Shown: positions 16,165-25,000 of the stretch, one piece after another
How the letters are laid out: every line of letters begins with the position of its first letter
Numbering within the stretch: the first letter of the stretch is position 1
Notes under the pieces: generated by a model
Told to the model about the DNA's origin: nothing
The model's database searches: none
The model's input: the letters and a program-made list of their open reading frames with translations, nothing else
From: Horticoccus luteus
Lineage (GTDB): Bacteria > Verrucomicrobiota > Verrucomicrobiia > Opitutales > Opitutaceae
DNA: 32,000 bases
Direction: 5' to 3'
Assembly: GCF_019464535.1 (NCBI RefSeq)
Contig: NZ_CP080507.1
Location: 3,120,001 to 3,152,000 of the forward strand
Program-made: the position numbers and the translations under genes

Positions 16165-18381
16165 TCATTTCACCGGACTCACGGCCGCCGCCTTTAACTT
16201 CGCCACGATCGCCTGCGCGTGTTTTTCCGCCGCCGCTTGCTGCTCCGCGTTCAACGCGCGCGCCGCGACGTCGCGCCCGCGCGCGCCTTCCTGGTTGCCC
16301 GACAATGCCGCGACTTCAAACCACACATACGCTTCCGCAGGATCCGCCGTCAGACCCTGCCCTTGGAGATACATCAGCCCGAGATTGTATTGCGCGAGGG
16401 CGTGGCCCTGCTCCGCCGCCTGGCGATACCACGCCGCCGCAGCCGCGTCGTCGCGCGGCACACCCGCTCCCGCGGCAAAGCTCAGCCCAAGGAAAAACTC
16501 CGCCACCGGATCGCCCTGCTCCGCCGCCAGCCGAAACCACTGCGCCGCGACCACGCTGTTTTTGGCCACCCCGTCGCCATACGTATACATCATCCCCAGC
16601 CGCGTCCGCGCCTCCGTTTCGCCGTGCTCCGCCGCCAGCTGCAACCACTTCGCCGCCGCACGACTGTTCTTCGCCGTGCCGTTGCCGTCGGCATACATCA
16701 ACCCGAGCCGTTGCGCCGCCGCGGCATTGCCGCGCTCCGCCATCACGCGCACTTCGTCCAGAATCGACGCCGCCACCGTCACCTGCCCTTCGTCGTCGAC
16801 ATACAACATCGGTTGATAATCGCCGAGGTAGTCCTTCCGCCAATAGTTGCCGGTCGCTCGGTAGGTGGCCCAATCGGTGAACCGCAGGCGATAAACCGGC
16901 AGGCGCATCATCGTCGGCGGATGATCGGGAAACGGATTGCTCGCGAAACGCGCCAGCACCGCCGGACTGCCCTCCAACAAGCGCCGCGCCACCACGCCAA
17001 AGACCGGCGAGAGCTTGTCGCCCGTCGCCTCGACCTGCAGCGTCGCCTCGAACCGCGGATACCACGGCGCGATGAAACCGCTCATGCGATCCGGCCGCTG
17101 CGGCTGGTAGCGAAACGGATACACCCGCCACGTCCGGCCATTGTCGTTGGAACCTTCAAACTCCACGGCGTGCCGCTCCGGCAACAAGCCCGCGTAAAGC
17201 GTATACGGATTCGCACTGTGAAAATCCGCGAACAGCGTTTTCAACGGCGCGAGCAGCGAAAAGGGCCGCGTCGTTTCCGGCAGTCCCAGGTAGAGTGCGA
17301 ACACATAAATCGTCACATAAAAGTGCGTCCACAACGCCGCACGCAGGCCGTAGCGTCGCCACCGCGGCAGCGGCCGGACGGGCTGCGCCAGCGCCGCGCG
17401 CGTCGCGATCCAATGCTGCAACCGCGACCAACGCATCCAACCCGCGGCCGACGCGAGCATCTGGTCATCCAGCAGCACAAGACCGAACGCCGCCGCCGCC
17501 GTGTTGAGCCAGCCGAAATTATTCGTGAGCTGGATGCCCGCCTGAAATCCCACCCACGCCACGAACGCAAACCACCGCCCGCGGCGTCCACCGAAAATCG
17601 CGACCAGCGGCGCCACGATTTCCGCCAGCCATGTCAGCCCCGTCTCAATCACATGCTGGGCGTGCGGCAAGTGGTGATCGAAATAGCCGATGATCGTCGG
17701 AAACGGACTGGTCTCATAAAGCACATCCAGCGCCGAAAAATCCCGCCAATGCGGATCGCCCACGAAGACTTTCACCAACCCCGACTCGAACATCACACGA
17801 AACAAAAACCACCGCACCATGAACACCGTGATCGGCCGCGGCGGTGACGCCTCTCCGAGGCCCGGTCGATATCCCGCCGGCGCGAACGGAATGCACAGCA
17901 ACGCCGCCTCGAGCATCAATTGATCCACCTGCGTGCCCGAAAAAATCTGCCACGTCGCCACAAACGACAGCAGCAACAGCCAGCACGCAAACAGCGCCAT
18001 CCGCGGCCACAAATTGAGCACCAACGCCACCGCCGCAACGAGTCCGCCCCACGCCAGCAGCGTCACCATCGTCGGACTTGCGTTCAGCCAGAACAGACTC
18101 GGCGCGTGCAGCAGATCCGCCGCCGCACCGGCGTGCAATTCCTTCACGAACGAAAAAAATTCGCCCAACGGCGCGATGCCTTGCGGTCCGATCAACGCCT
18201 CCCGCTCCACGATGACGCCGCTGAAAACGAGCACGTAAACCAACCCGATCGCCCGCAACACGAACCATCGCGGCCAAAGGAACGTCGCGTCGCCGAGCCC
18301 CGCAAACGCCTTCAGCTCCCGCCCCACCCCGCTGATGCCACGCTTTAAGGCGGAGTTGGCAGAGGAACGAGGCGCGGTCAC
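16165..18381 (-). CDS. Lipase-maturation-factor (LMF1-like) family polytopic membrane protein fused to four C-terminal Sel1-like repeats
   Basis: Track ORF 16165..18714 reads through tRNA-Gly, so I trimmed it. No ATG is available; the candidates are GTG 18381 and GTG 18327. LMF-family blocks are LWPRWFVLRAIGLVYVLVF, MVRWFLFRVMFESGLVKVFVGDPHWRDFSALDVLYETSPFPT, IQLTNNFGWLN...LLDD, and NPYTLYAGL...EFEGSNDNGRTWRVYPFRYQP...APWYPRFEATL...NPFPDHPP. The Sel1 repeats lie at about 16276..16740 (QRLGLMYADGNGTAKNSRAAAKWLQLAAEHG and three more). Confidence 0.8.
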   Translation of the reverse strand: MTAPRSSANSALKRGISGVGRELKAFAGLGDATFLWPRWFVLRAIGLVYVLVFSGVIVEREALIGPQGIAPLGEFFSFVKELHAGAAADLLHAPSLFWLNASPTMVTLLAWGGLVAAVALVLNLWPRMALFACWLLLLSFVATWQIFSGTQVDQLMLEAALLCIPFAPAGYRPGLGEASPPRPITVFMVRWFLFRVMFESGLVKVFVGDPHWRDFSALDVLYETSPFPTIIGYFDHHLPHAQHVIETGLTWLAEIVAPLVAIFGGRRGRWFAFVAWVGFQAGIQLTNNFGWLNTAAAAFGLVLLDDQMLASAAGWMRWSRLQHWIATRAALAQPVRPLPRWRRYGLRAALWTHFYVTIYVFALYLGLPETTRPFSLLAPLKTLFADFHSANPYTLYAGLLPERHAVEFEGSNDNGRTWRVYPFRYQPQRPDRMSGFIAPWYPRFEATLQVEATGDKLSPVFGVVARRLLEGSPAVLARFASNPFPDHPPTMMRLPVYRLRFTDWATYRATGNYWRKDYLGDYQPMLYVDDEGQVTVAASILDEVRVMAERGNAAAAQRLGLMYADGNGTAKNSRAAAKWLQLAAEHGETEARTRLGMMYTYGDGVAKNSVVAAQWFRLAAEQGDPVAEFFLGLSFAAGAGVPRDDAAAAAWYRQAAEQGHALAQYNLGLMYLQGQGLTADPAEAYVWFEVAALSGNQEGARGRDVAARALNAEQQAAAEKHAQAIVAKLKAAAVSPVK

Positions 18382-18555
18382 ACGAGCGGCCGGAATTGCA
18401 CGAGACACGCCCCTGAGGCACACGAATCTGCCGCGAGAGTCAGGCCAAAAACGCACACCCCCGCGCACACTCGCAGAAGAAATTTTTCCTCTTTTGGCCT
18501 CGCTTGGTCCCACCGGCCGTTTCCCGCTCTTCACGCAAACTGGCACGTGCGAGCA

Positions 18556-18586
18556 CGAAAAAGCGCCTCGGGACAACCCGAGGCGC
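18556..18586 (-). terminator. Rho-independent terminator of tRNA-Gly
   Basis: The minus strand reads GCGCCTCGGG-ttgt-CCCGAGGCGC-TTTTTCG. That is a perfect 10-bp GC-rich stem, a 4-nt loop and a T5 tract, starting 10 nt after the tRNA 3' end. Confidence 0.7.
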
Positions 18587-18596
18587 TGATCTGAAA

Positions 18597-18672
<76 letters not shown>

Positions 18673-18686
18673 GTATGAGGGGCGTA

Positions 18687-18714
18687 GAAGTAGAGCCTCG
18701 CCGCCGACCGTCAA
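18687..18714 (-). promoter_or_regulatory. Possible tRNA-Gly promoter (-35 TTGACG, weak -10 TACTTC)
   Basis: The minus strand reads TTGACG (18714..18709), a 16-nt spacer, then TACTTC (18692..18687), about 14 nt before the mature tRNA 5' end. The -35 starts 4 nt after the upstream gene's stop. The -10 is poor, so this is tentative. Confidence 0.25.
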
Positions 18715-18717
18715 CTG

Positions 18718-19611
18718 CTATTTTTCGAGCACTTCGAGTTGGTAAGCCACGCCTGCCCGCACCGATTCCGGCAACGGCACACGGCCCGCCTCGCGCCACC
18801 GCTCCGCCGCGTCCGCGCTCAATAATTCCCGCACCACCGGCAATAGCGGCCTCGCCGCATCCCGGCGCAGCACCAGATAAACCGGCCAGCGCAACGGATA
18901 ATCACCTCGATAAACGTTTTCCGCCGTCAGCGCAAAAGCCCCCGCCGCCGGGTCCCGCGCGATCGAAAGCGCTTTCAATCCCGCCGCTGCTTCCACCGGC
19001 GCTGCCGTGAGGACCACGATCCCCGCGTCTGCCGGCACCCTCGCGCGCAATGCCGCCCAGTCTTCCTGCACGCCCACCGTGGCCGCCATCGCGCGCCGGC
19101 CGAGCACCTGCTGACGGAAAATCGGCCCCGTCAACGCCCCCTCGGGCGCGAGCACATGGGGCGCGATCGGCCGCGTCTGCCACGGTCCCACCACGCCCAG
19201 ATCACCCCACCGCTGCATGTTTTTCTGGCGATCCGCACCGAAAATCCCCGCCAGTTGCTCCAACGTCAGCTCCGCCAGTGGCAAGTCGCGCGGCACCTCC
19301 ACCACGACCACCTCAAACGCGATCGGCGTCGCGAAAAACGGCGCTTCGGGCAGTTTTTCAGTCGGCGAAAACATCAGCAGGCCGATCTGCGCCTTGCCGT
19401 CCTGCAGCTCCTGCCCACCGCGATAGCTCCCCGTCAACTCCACGCTGACCGCCTGCCCCGTTCCCGCCAATTCCCGTTGCATCGCCGTCGCCCATTTTTC
19501 GCCGAGCAGATCCGACGCCACGATCCGCACCACTGGCGCCGCGATCGCCAGCGAAGTAGCAGCCACGAACGCCGCCGCGCCCAGCATCCCGCGCCATAAG
19601 CCGCGCCTCAT
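18718..19611 (-). CDS. Secreted PstS-like (PBP-like_2) periplasmic substrate-binding protein, no cognate transporter nearby
   Basis: Track ORF 18718..19953 trimmed to ATG 19611 (MRRGLWRGMLGAAAFVAATSLAIAAP, a signal peptide). PstS-family-like blocks are present: LTLEQLAGIFGA...WGDLG and ENVYRGDYPLRWPVYLVL. The ATG overlaps the upstream gene's stop (ATGA at 19608..19611). Confidence 0.8.
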   Translation of the reverse strand: MRRGLWRGMLGAAAFVAATSLAIAAPVVRIVASDLLGEKWATAMQRELAGTGQAVSVELTGSYRGGQELQDGKAQIGLLMFSPTEKLPEAPFFATPIAFEVVVVEVPRDLPLAELTLEQLAGIFGADRQKNMQRWGDLGVVGPWQTRPIAPHVLAPEGALTGPIFRQQVLGRRAMAATVGVQEDWAALRARVPADAGIVVLTAAPVEAAAGLKALSIARDPAAGAFALTAENVYRGDYPLRWPVYLVLRRDAARPLLPVVRELLSADAAERWREAGRVPLPESVRAGVAYQLEVLEK

Positions 19612-21014
19612 CGATCGAGCACGTCCAGCTCCGGCCACTGCGCAATCTTGCGGTGCAACGTGCGCCGGCTGATGCCCATGAGCTTCGCCGCCTTCGTGCG
19701 ATTGCCCCGCGCTTTGAGCAACGCTTCCCGCACGAGGCGCTTCTCGTTTTCCTCCACTGAGAGCGGATTCGCCGCCGGCGCGGGCAAATTCGGTGCCCCG
19801 CCTCCCGCGTTCTCCGCGCCGCCACCTCCGGCCCCCCCGTTCGCCGTCGTGCGAAATCGCGGTTCCAAATCGAACTCGCTCAACGACCCGCCTCGCCGCA
19901 GCACCACCGCGTTTTCGCAGAAATTCCGCAACTCGCGCACATTGCCCGGCCACGGATAGTTTTGCAGCGTGCGCATCGCGCCCGCTTCCACCGTCAGCAG
20001 CGGCTGCTTGTTCTCCTCGCTGAACTCCCGGAGATAATGATTCAGCAGCAGCGGGATGTCCTCCGGCCGCTCACGCAGCGGGGGCATCGAAATGCGCACC
20101 ACGTTCATCCGGAAAAACAGATCCTCGCGAAATTTTCCGTCGCGCACCATCTGTTCCAAATTGCGATTCGTCGCCGCCACGAGGCGCACGTCGAGCTCCA
20201 GCGGTTTGCTCCCCCCGACGCGCTCAATCGTCCTCGTCTCGAAAAACCGCAGCAGCTTCACCTGCGTGGACGCACTGATTTCGCCGATCTCGTCGAGAAA
20301 CAAAGTCCCGCTGTCCGCCGCCTCGAACCGCCCGATCCGCCGCTCCGTCGCGCCGGTGAAAGAACCGCGCTCATGCCCGAAGATTTCGCTCTCCAGCAGA
20401 TTTTCCGAGAGCGCCGCGCAGTGCACCGCCACGAACGGCGCGCGCGCCCGCGGACTCGCCTGGTGAATCGCCTGCGCGATGAGTTCCTTGCCCGTGCCCG
20501 ATTCGCCTTCGATCAGAATCGTGGCCCGCGAGGGCGCCACGAGCTTCACGCGATCGATCACCTCCTGCAATTTCGGCGAGTGCCCGATGATGCCTTCGAA
20601 CTGAAATTTCTCATCGAGCCGCTCGTGCAACTGCTTCACCTCCACCTCGAGGGTCTTCGTCTTGAGCGCCCGCTGGATCAACACTTCGAGCCGCTCGATG
20701 TTCACCGGCTTCGTCAGAAAATCCACCGCCCCACGCTTCATCGCCTCCACCGCCGTCTCGATATTGCCGTACGCCGTCATCATCAGCACCGCCGGCCGGT
20801 TGGGCAGCGCGAGGGCCTTGTCGATTACCTTCAGTCCCGATTTCCCCGGCATCCGCAGATCCGTCAAAATCACGTCGAACGGCTGCGATTCCATCAGGTT
20901 GAACGCCTCGTCCGCATTGGCGCCCAGCGAAACATCGTAGTTGTCCTCCAACGCCTGTCGCAACCCGTCGCGGGTATGCTTCTCGTCGTCAACAATCAGG
21001 ACGCTCGGCACCAT
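19608..21014 (-). CDS. Sigma-54-dependent response regulator (NtrC-family enhancer-binding protein: REC + AAA+ + Fis-type HTH)
   Basis: Track ORF 19608..21113 trimmed to ATG 21014 (MVPSVLIVDDEKHTRDGL), with GAGGA 8 nt upstream. The REC phospho-acceptor context is DVILTDLRMPG. Walker A is GESGTGKE. The sigma-54 contact loop is FGHERGSFTGA (a GAFTGA variant). The C-terminal HTH is GNRTKAAKLMGISRRTLHRKI. Confidence 0.9.
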   Translation of the reverse strand: MVPSVLIVDDEKHTRDGLRQALEDNYDVSLGANADEAFNLMESQPFDVILTDLRMPGKSGLKVIDKALALPNRPAVLMMTAYGNIETAVEAMKRGAVDFLTKPVNIERLEVLIQRALKTKTLEVEVKQLHERLDEKFQFEGIIGHSPKLQEVIDRVKLVAPSRATILIEGESGTGKELIAQAIHQASPRARAPFVAVHCAALSENLLESEIFGHERGSFTGATERRIGRFEAADSGTLFLDEIGEISASTQVKLLRFFETRTIERVGGSKPLELDVRLVAATNRNLEQMVRDGKFREDLFFRMNVVRISMPPLRERPEDIPLLLNHYLREFSEENKQPLLTVEAGAMRTLQNYPWPGNVRELRNFCENAVVLRRGGSLSEFDLEPRFRTTANGGAGGGGAENAGGGAPNLPAPAANPLSVEENEKRLVREALLKARGNRTKAAKLMGISRRTLHRKIAQWPELDVLDR

Positions 21015-21109
21015 GCCGCCAATCCTCACTCCGGGCCTCTCACGGTCAACGGGGAAATGGGACGAGATGGCGCACTTGATCACGCCCGGCCGCCGGGCCG
21101 CCGCTCGCG

Positions 21110-21310
21110 TCAATAATGCGGCGGACGTTCGTCGGCCTGCTCGCCTTCGCCCGCCTCGCCTTGGTTCGCCACGCGCTCACGCGTCACCTTGAGTTCGGCG
21201 CGGAGCCGCTCCACCAGCTCGGTTAATTCCAGCATCGCTTTATCCTGCTCCGTCTGGTGCCGCTCCAGATACGCCACCTTTTCTTCGAGCCTCAGCACGC
21301 GCTCGTTCAC
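21110..21310 (-). CDS. slyX: SlyX-family coiled-coil protein
   Basis: 66 codons from GTG 21310, inside track ORF 21110..21775: (M)NERVLRLEEKVAYLERHQTEQDKAMLELTELVERLRAELKVTRERVANQGEAGEGEQADERPPHY. It has the heptad-type pattern L-E-x-[RK]-[LV]-A-[FY]-[QL]-E and the family's C-terminal PPHY end. The GTG overlaps the upstream stop (GTGA), and a GGGGG Shine-Dalgarno-like run lies 6 nt upstream. Confidence 0.75.
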   Translation of the reverse strand: MNERVLRLEEKVAYLERHQTEQDKAMLELTELVERLRAELKVTRERVANQGEAGEGEQADERPPHY

Positions 21311-21885
21311 GATCCGCCCCCTTTCAGCTTTTCCATCTCCGGCACGATCACGCGTTGATAACAATCGGGACAAATCGAGTGGCTGAAATCGCTTCCGGTG
21401 CGCTCGTTTATGTAGCTCTCCATCTGCTGCCAGTAATTTTGATCGTCTCGGATTTTTTTGCAGTAGGCGCAGATCGGCAGGAGTTCCTCCAGTTGCCGCA
21501 CCTGCGTCGTGTAACGCAGAATCCGCTCGGCCACGCGCAGACGCGTCCAGAGCTGCGTCATATCGAGCGGCTTCGTCAAAAAGTCGTCCACGCCCGCCTC
21601 CGCCGCGGTGCGCTGGTTTTCCTCGGTCGCATCGTGCCCCGTCAACAGGATGAAATACACGTATTGCTGCTGCGTCCGCGCGCGCACCCGCCGGCACAAT
21701 TCCAAACCATCCATGCGCGGCATCGTCCAGTCGCTGACAATCACGCGCACCGCGTCCGCTTCGAGCGCCGACCACGCCTCCTCGCCATCGCCCGCCAACA
21801 CCACGTCATGCCCCAGACGCGTCAGCGCCTTGCGCATCACAGTCGCCGCCACCTTGTCATCTTCGACCGCGAGAATTTTCACCAA
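21307..21885 (-). CDS. Response regulator: REC domain plus C-terminal CxxC...CxxC (Cys4) module
   Basis: Track ORF, 192 aa (TTG 21885; GTG 21882 is an alternative, giving MKILAVEDD). The REC acceptor context is VIVSDWTMPRMDG with a following KP motif (FLTKP). The C-terminal module is LPICAYCKKIRDDQNYWQQMESYINERTGSDFSHSICPDCY (about 21358..21483). Confidence 0.85.
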   Translation of the reverse strand: MVKILAVEDDKVAATVMRKALTRLGHDVVLAGDGEEAWSALEADAVRVIVSDWTMPRMDGLELCRRVRARTQQQYVYFILLTGHDATEENQRTAAEAGVDDFLTKPLDMTQLWTRLRVAERILRYTTQVRQLEELLPICAYCKKIRDDQNYWQQMESYINERTGSDFSHSICPDCYQRVIVPEMEKLKGGGS

Positions 21886-22081
21886 GCAAGAGCCTCAAAG
21901 TTTTTATGAAAGAGGCAACACACAGAATGCGACAGTCGCCTCCGCTCCTTAAAGCCACTGCCGCTGATCGCTCGCACATCCGTTAAGTCGCGGAAGCGTT
22001 GCGACTAAAGAATCCGCGTTCGCAGCCGCGCCGGGCTTGCACGTCCGCGAGTTCGCCCCCAACCGCGCCGCGCTGTCCTCT

Positions 22082-25000
22082 TTATTCGCCGTTACTTGCC
22101 TGCCTTCGCGCCAGCACCCCGGTTCGCAGTAGCGCTTCCGTCAACTCTTCCGGCCGCACGGGCTTGCTCAAATAGTCGTCCATCCCCGCGTGCAGACACT
22201 TCGCACGATCATCGAGCATCGCGTAAGCGGTCAGCGCGATGATCGGCACCCGCGGGTTCAACACCCCGCCTGCCCCAGCCCGAATGCGCCGCGTCGCCTC
22301 ATAACCGTCGAGCGTCGGCATCTGGCAATCCATCAACACCGCGTCGTAATGCCGCTCCGCCAGCTGCACGACGGCCTTTTCGCCATCGCCCACCACATCG
22401 ACCGTGTGCCCCAGTCGCTTGATCAACATCTGCGCGACCCGCTGATTCGTCGCGTTGTCTTCCGCGAGCAGCAAGTGCAACGCCCGCCCGACCTGCACGG
22501 GTTGCGCCGCCGCCGGGGATTTTCCCTCCGCGATCGCCGCACCGCGACCCAACACCTGCGACAGGCAGCGCTGCAATTGCGCTGCCCGCACCGGCTTCGT
22601 CAAAAACGCCGCAAACTGCACCCGCGCCACTTCCTCGTGATTTACCAGCGGCCCCGCCGACGACAACATCACGAGCATCGTCGATGCGATCTGCGGATCA
22701 GCCCGGATCTCTTTCGCCAACGCGAGCCCATCCACATCCGGCATATGCCAGTCGAGGAGGGCCACGTGAAATTCCGCCCCGCGACCGGCCGCGCTCCGCA
22801 ACGCCGCCAGCGCTCCGGCGCCATCGCTCACAAGCGTCGGCTCGACCCCAAACCCCCGCAACTGGCGCGCCAGAATATCGCGGTTCGTCGAATTGTCATC
22901 CACGACCAGTGCCCGGACATGCGCAGGAATCGACAGCGGCAGCGAGACCACCGCCGCGCCCCGCCGCGGCATTTCCAGTTCAAACCAGAAACGCGAACCG
23001 CGCGCGGGCTCGCTCTCAAAACCGATCTCCCCGCCCATCAGTTCGACCAACTGGCGCGAAATCGCGAGGCCCAGCCCAGTCCCGCCAAAGCGCCGCGTCG
23101 TCGTGCCGTCCGCCTGCGTGAACGGCTGAAACAACCGCTCCTGCGCCGCGAGCGGAATGCCCACGCCCGTGTCGCGCACCGTCACCCGGAATCGCGTGCG
23201 CTCGTTGCGCTCCGCCAGTTGTGCCACGCTCACGACGACTTCGCCGTATTCCGTAAACTTGATCGCGTTCCCCACCAAATTCGTGAGGACCTGCCGGATG
23301 CGCCCGGCGTCACCGAGCAACGTGCGCTGCAACCGCGCGTCGAAATCGCACGCCAGCTCCACATGTTTGTCGTGCGCCCGCGGCGCCAGGAGCGCCAGCG
23401 TCTCCTCCACGACTTGGCGAAGATCAAATTCCGCCGGCTCGATCCGCATCTTGCCCGCCTCGATCTTGGAGAAATCCAGAATGTCGTTGATGATCGTGAG
23501 CAGGCTGTCCGCGCTCCGCAAAATCACGCCCGCCATCTCGCGTTGCTCCGCCTCCAGCGGCGTCTCCGCGAGCAACCCCGCCATGCCGATGATGCCGTTC
23601 ATCGGCGTCCGGATTTCATGGCTCATGTTCGCCAGGAATTCCGATTTCAACCGCGAGGCTTCCAACGCCTGGTCGCGCGCGTGCGCCAGGCTCTGTTCGA
23701 GCTGTTTGCTCAACGTGATGTCCTGCGTGAAAATCACGATGCCCCCGATGTCTCCCGCCGCATTGCGCCACGGCCGCGCTTCCCAGCGCAGCCACTGCTG
23801 CCCGCCCTCCGGGCGCAGTTGCGTTTCCACGTCCGCCACCTCCACCGCGCCCGCCAGACAACGATCATAAGTCGCCCGCCGCTCGGCGGAGATTTGTGGA
23901 AACACCTCGTAATGGCAGCGCCCGATCACCGCTTGTCCCGTCAGTTTGTAGTCCGCCAGCCACTGCCGGCTCACCACCAGATAACGCATCTCACGGTCGA
24001 ACATCGCCACCGACGCCGGCGCGTGCTCCGCGAACAACCGCGTCCGCTCCTCGCTCTCGCGCAACGCCAGCTCCAGCCGCTTGCGGTCGGTCACGTCTTC
24101 CAATTGCGACACGAAATGCACCGGCGCCCCATCGGCGTCGCGCAGCAGCGACACAGTCAACCGCACCCACACCACGTGACCGTCGCGGTGAAAATAGCGC
24201 TTTTCCATCTGATACGAACGCCGCTCCCCTCGCAGCAATTCGCGCACGTGACCGATGTCCGCCTCGAGGTCGTCGGGATGCGTGACCGCTTGAAATGTCT
24301 TCCCGGCCAATTCCTCCTCCGTGTAGCCGACGATTTCGCACACCGCGTGGTTCACGCGCATCCACCGCCCGTCCAGTCCGATGATCGCCATCCCGATGCC
24401 TGCAAATTGAAACGCACTGCGAAACCGCTCTTCGCTCTCGCGCAGCGCGCGCTCCGCCCGTTTCGCCTCCTCCAAACTCACTGCAATCCCCAAAAAACCC
24501 GTCACCGCGCCCCGCCCGTCGCGCAGTGTCGTGATGCTCAACCGCACCGGCAAACGGCGCCCGTCCTTCCGCACATAGACCCACTCGCGCTCATCGCTCC
24601 CATCGCGCCGCGCCAGCATCGCGAAGACATTGAAGCCCGTCTCCGCCACCGCGCCCGGCATCCCGTCCAATTCCGCCGCCCGCGCCCGCAACTCCTCCAA
24701 CTCGTGAAACCGTGCGGGCGTTTCCCGCTCCACGACTTCCGTCGCGTTGTAGCCCAGCATTTTTTCCGCGCCCGCGTTAAAGAGACAAATCCGTCCGTCC
24801 AGATGCGTGCCGATAATCGCCGGCCCCGCCCCATCGAGCACGGCGCGCTGCAGCCGGTTCACTCCGGCCAGCGAATCCCGCGTCTCGATCACCGCGCGCT
24901 CCGCCCGCCGCGTCCATATCAGCGCGGCGACGAAAAACACCAGTCCCAGCGCATTCCCCAGCACGAGCAGCCGGTTCGTCTGCACGGCAAGTTGCGCGGC

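Noticed and set aside
16276-16740. DNA-level periodicity that could be mistaken for a tandem repeat or CRISPR-like array
   Set aside because: It is the ~108-nt periodicity of four in-frame Sel1 protein repeats. The units are divergent and have no spacer-and-repeat architecture. Likewise, the GC-rich reiteration at about 5820..5990 is the Lys/Ala-rich tail coding region.
16219-17847. 542-aa + strand ORF
   Set aside because: It is antisense to the LMF::Sel1 gene and is Arg/Pro/His-rich.
18541-18555. Sigma-54-like TGGCAC-gtgcg-AGCA on the + strand
   Set aside because: The GG-to-GC spacing is one nucleotide short of the -24/-12 consensus. The -12 element is poor, and no + strand gene lies downstream (tRNA-Gly is on the other strand).
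19962-21116. 384-aa + strand ORF
   Set aside because: It is antisense to the sigma-54 activator gene.
21886-22081. Possible sigma-54 promoter or small ORF (39 codons from ATG near 21985, minus strand) in the kinase-regulator spacer
   Set aside because: The only TGGC...GC candidate has the wrong spacing. The small ORF overlaps the regulator start out of frame and has no supporting ribosome-binding signal. I keep only the AT-rich patch, as a note within the cluster finding.
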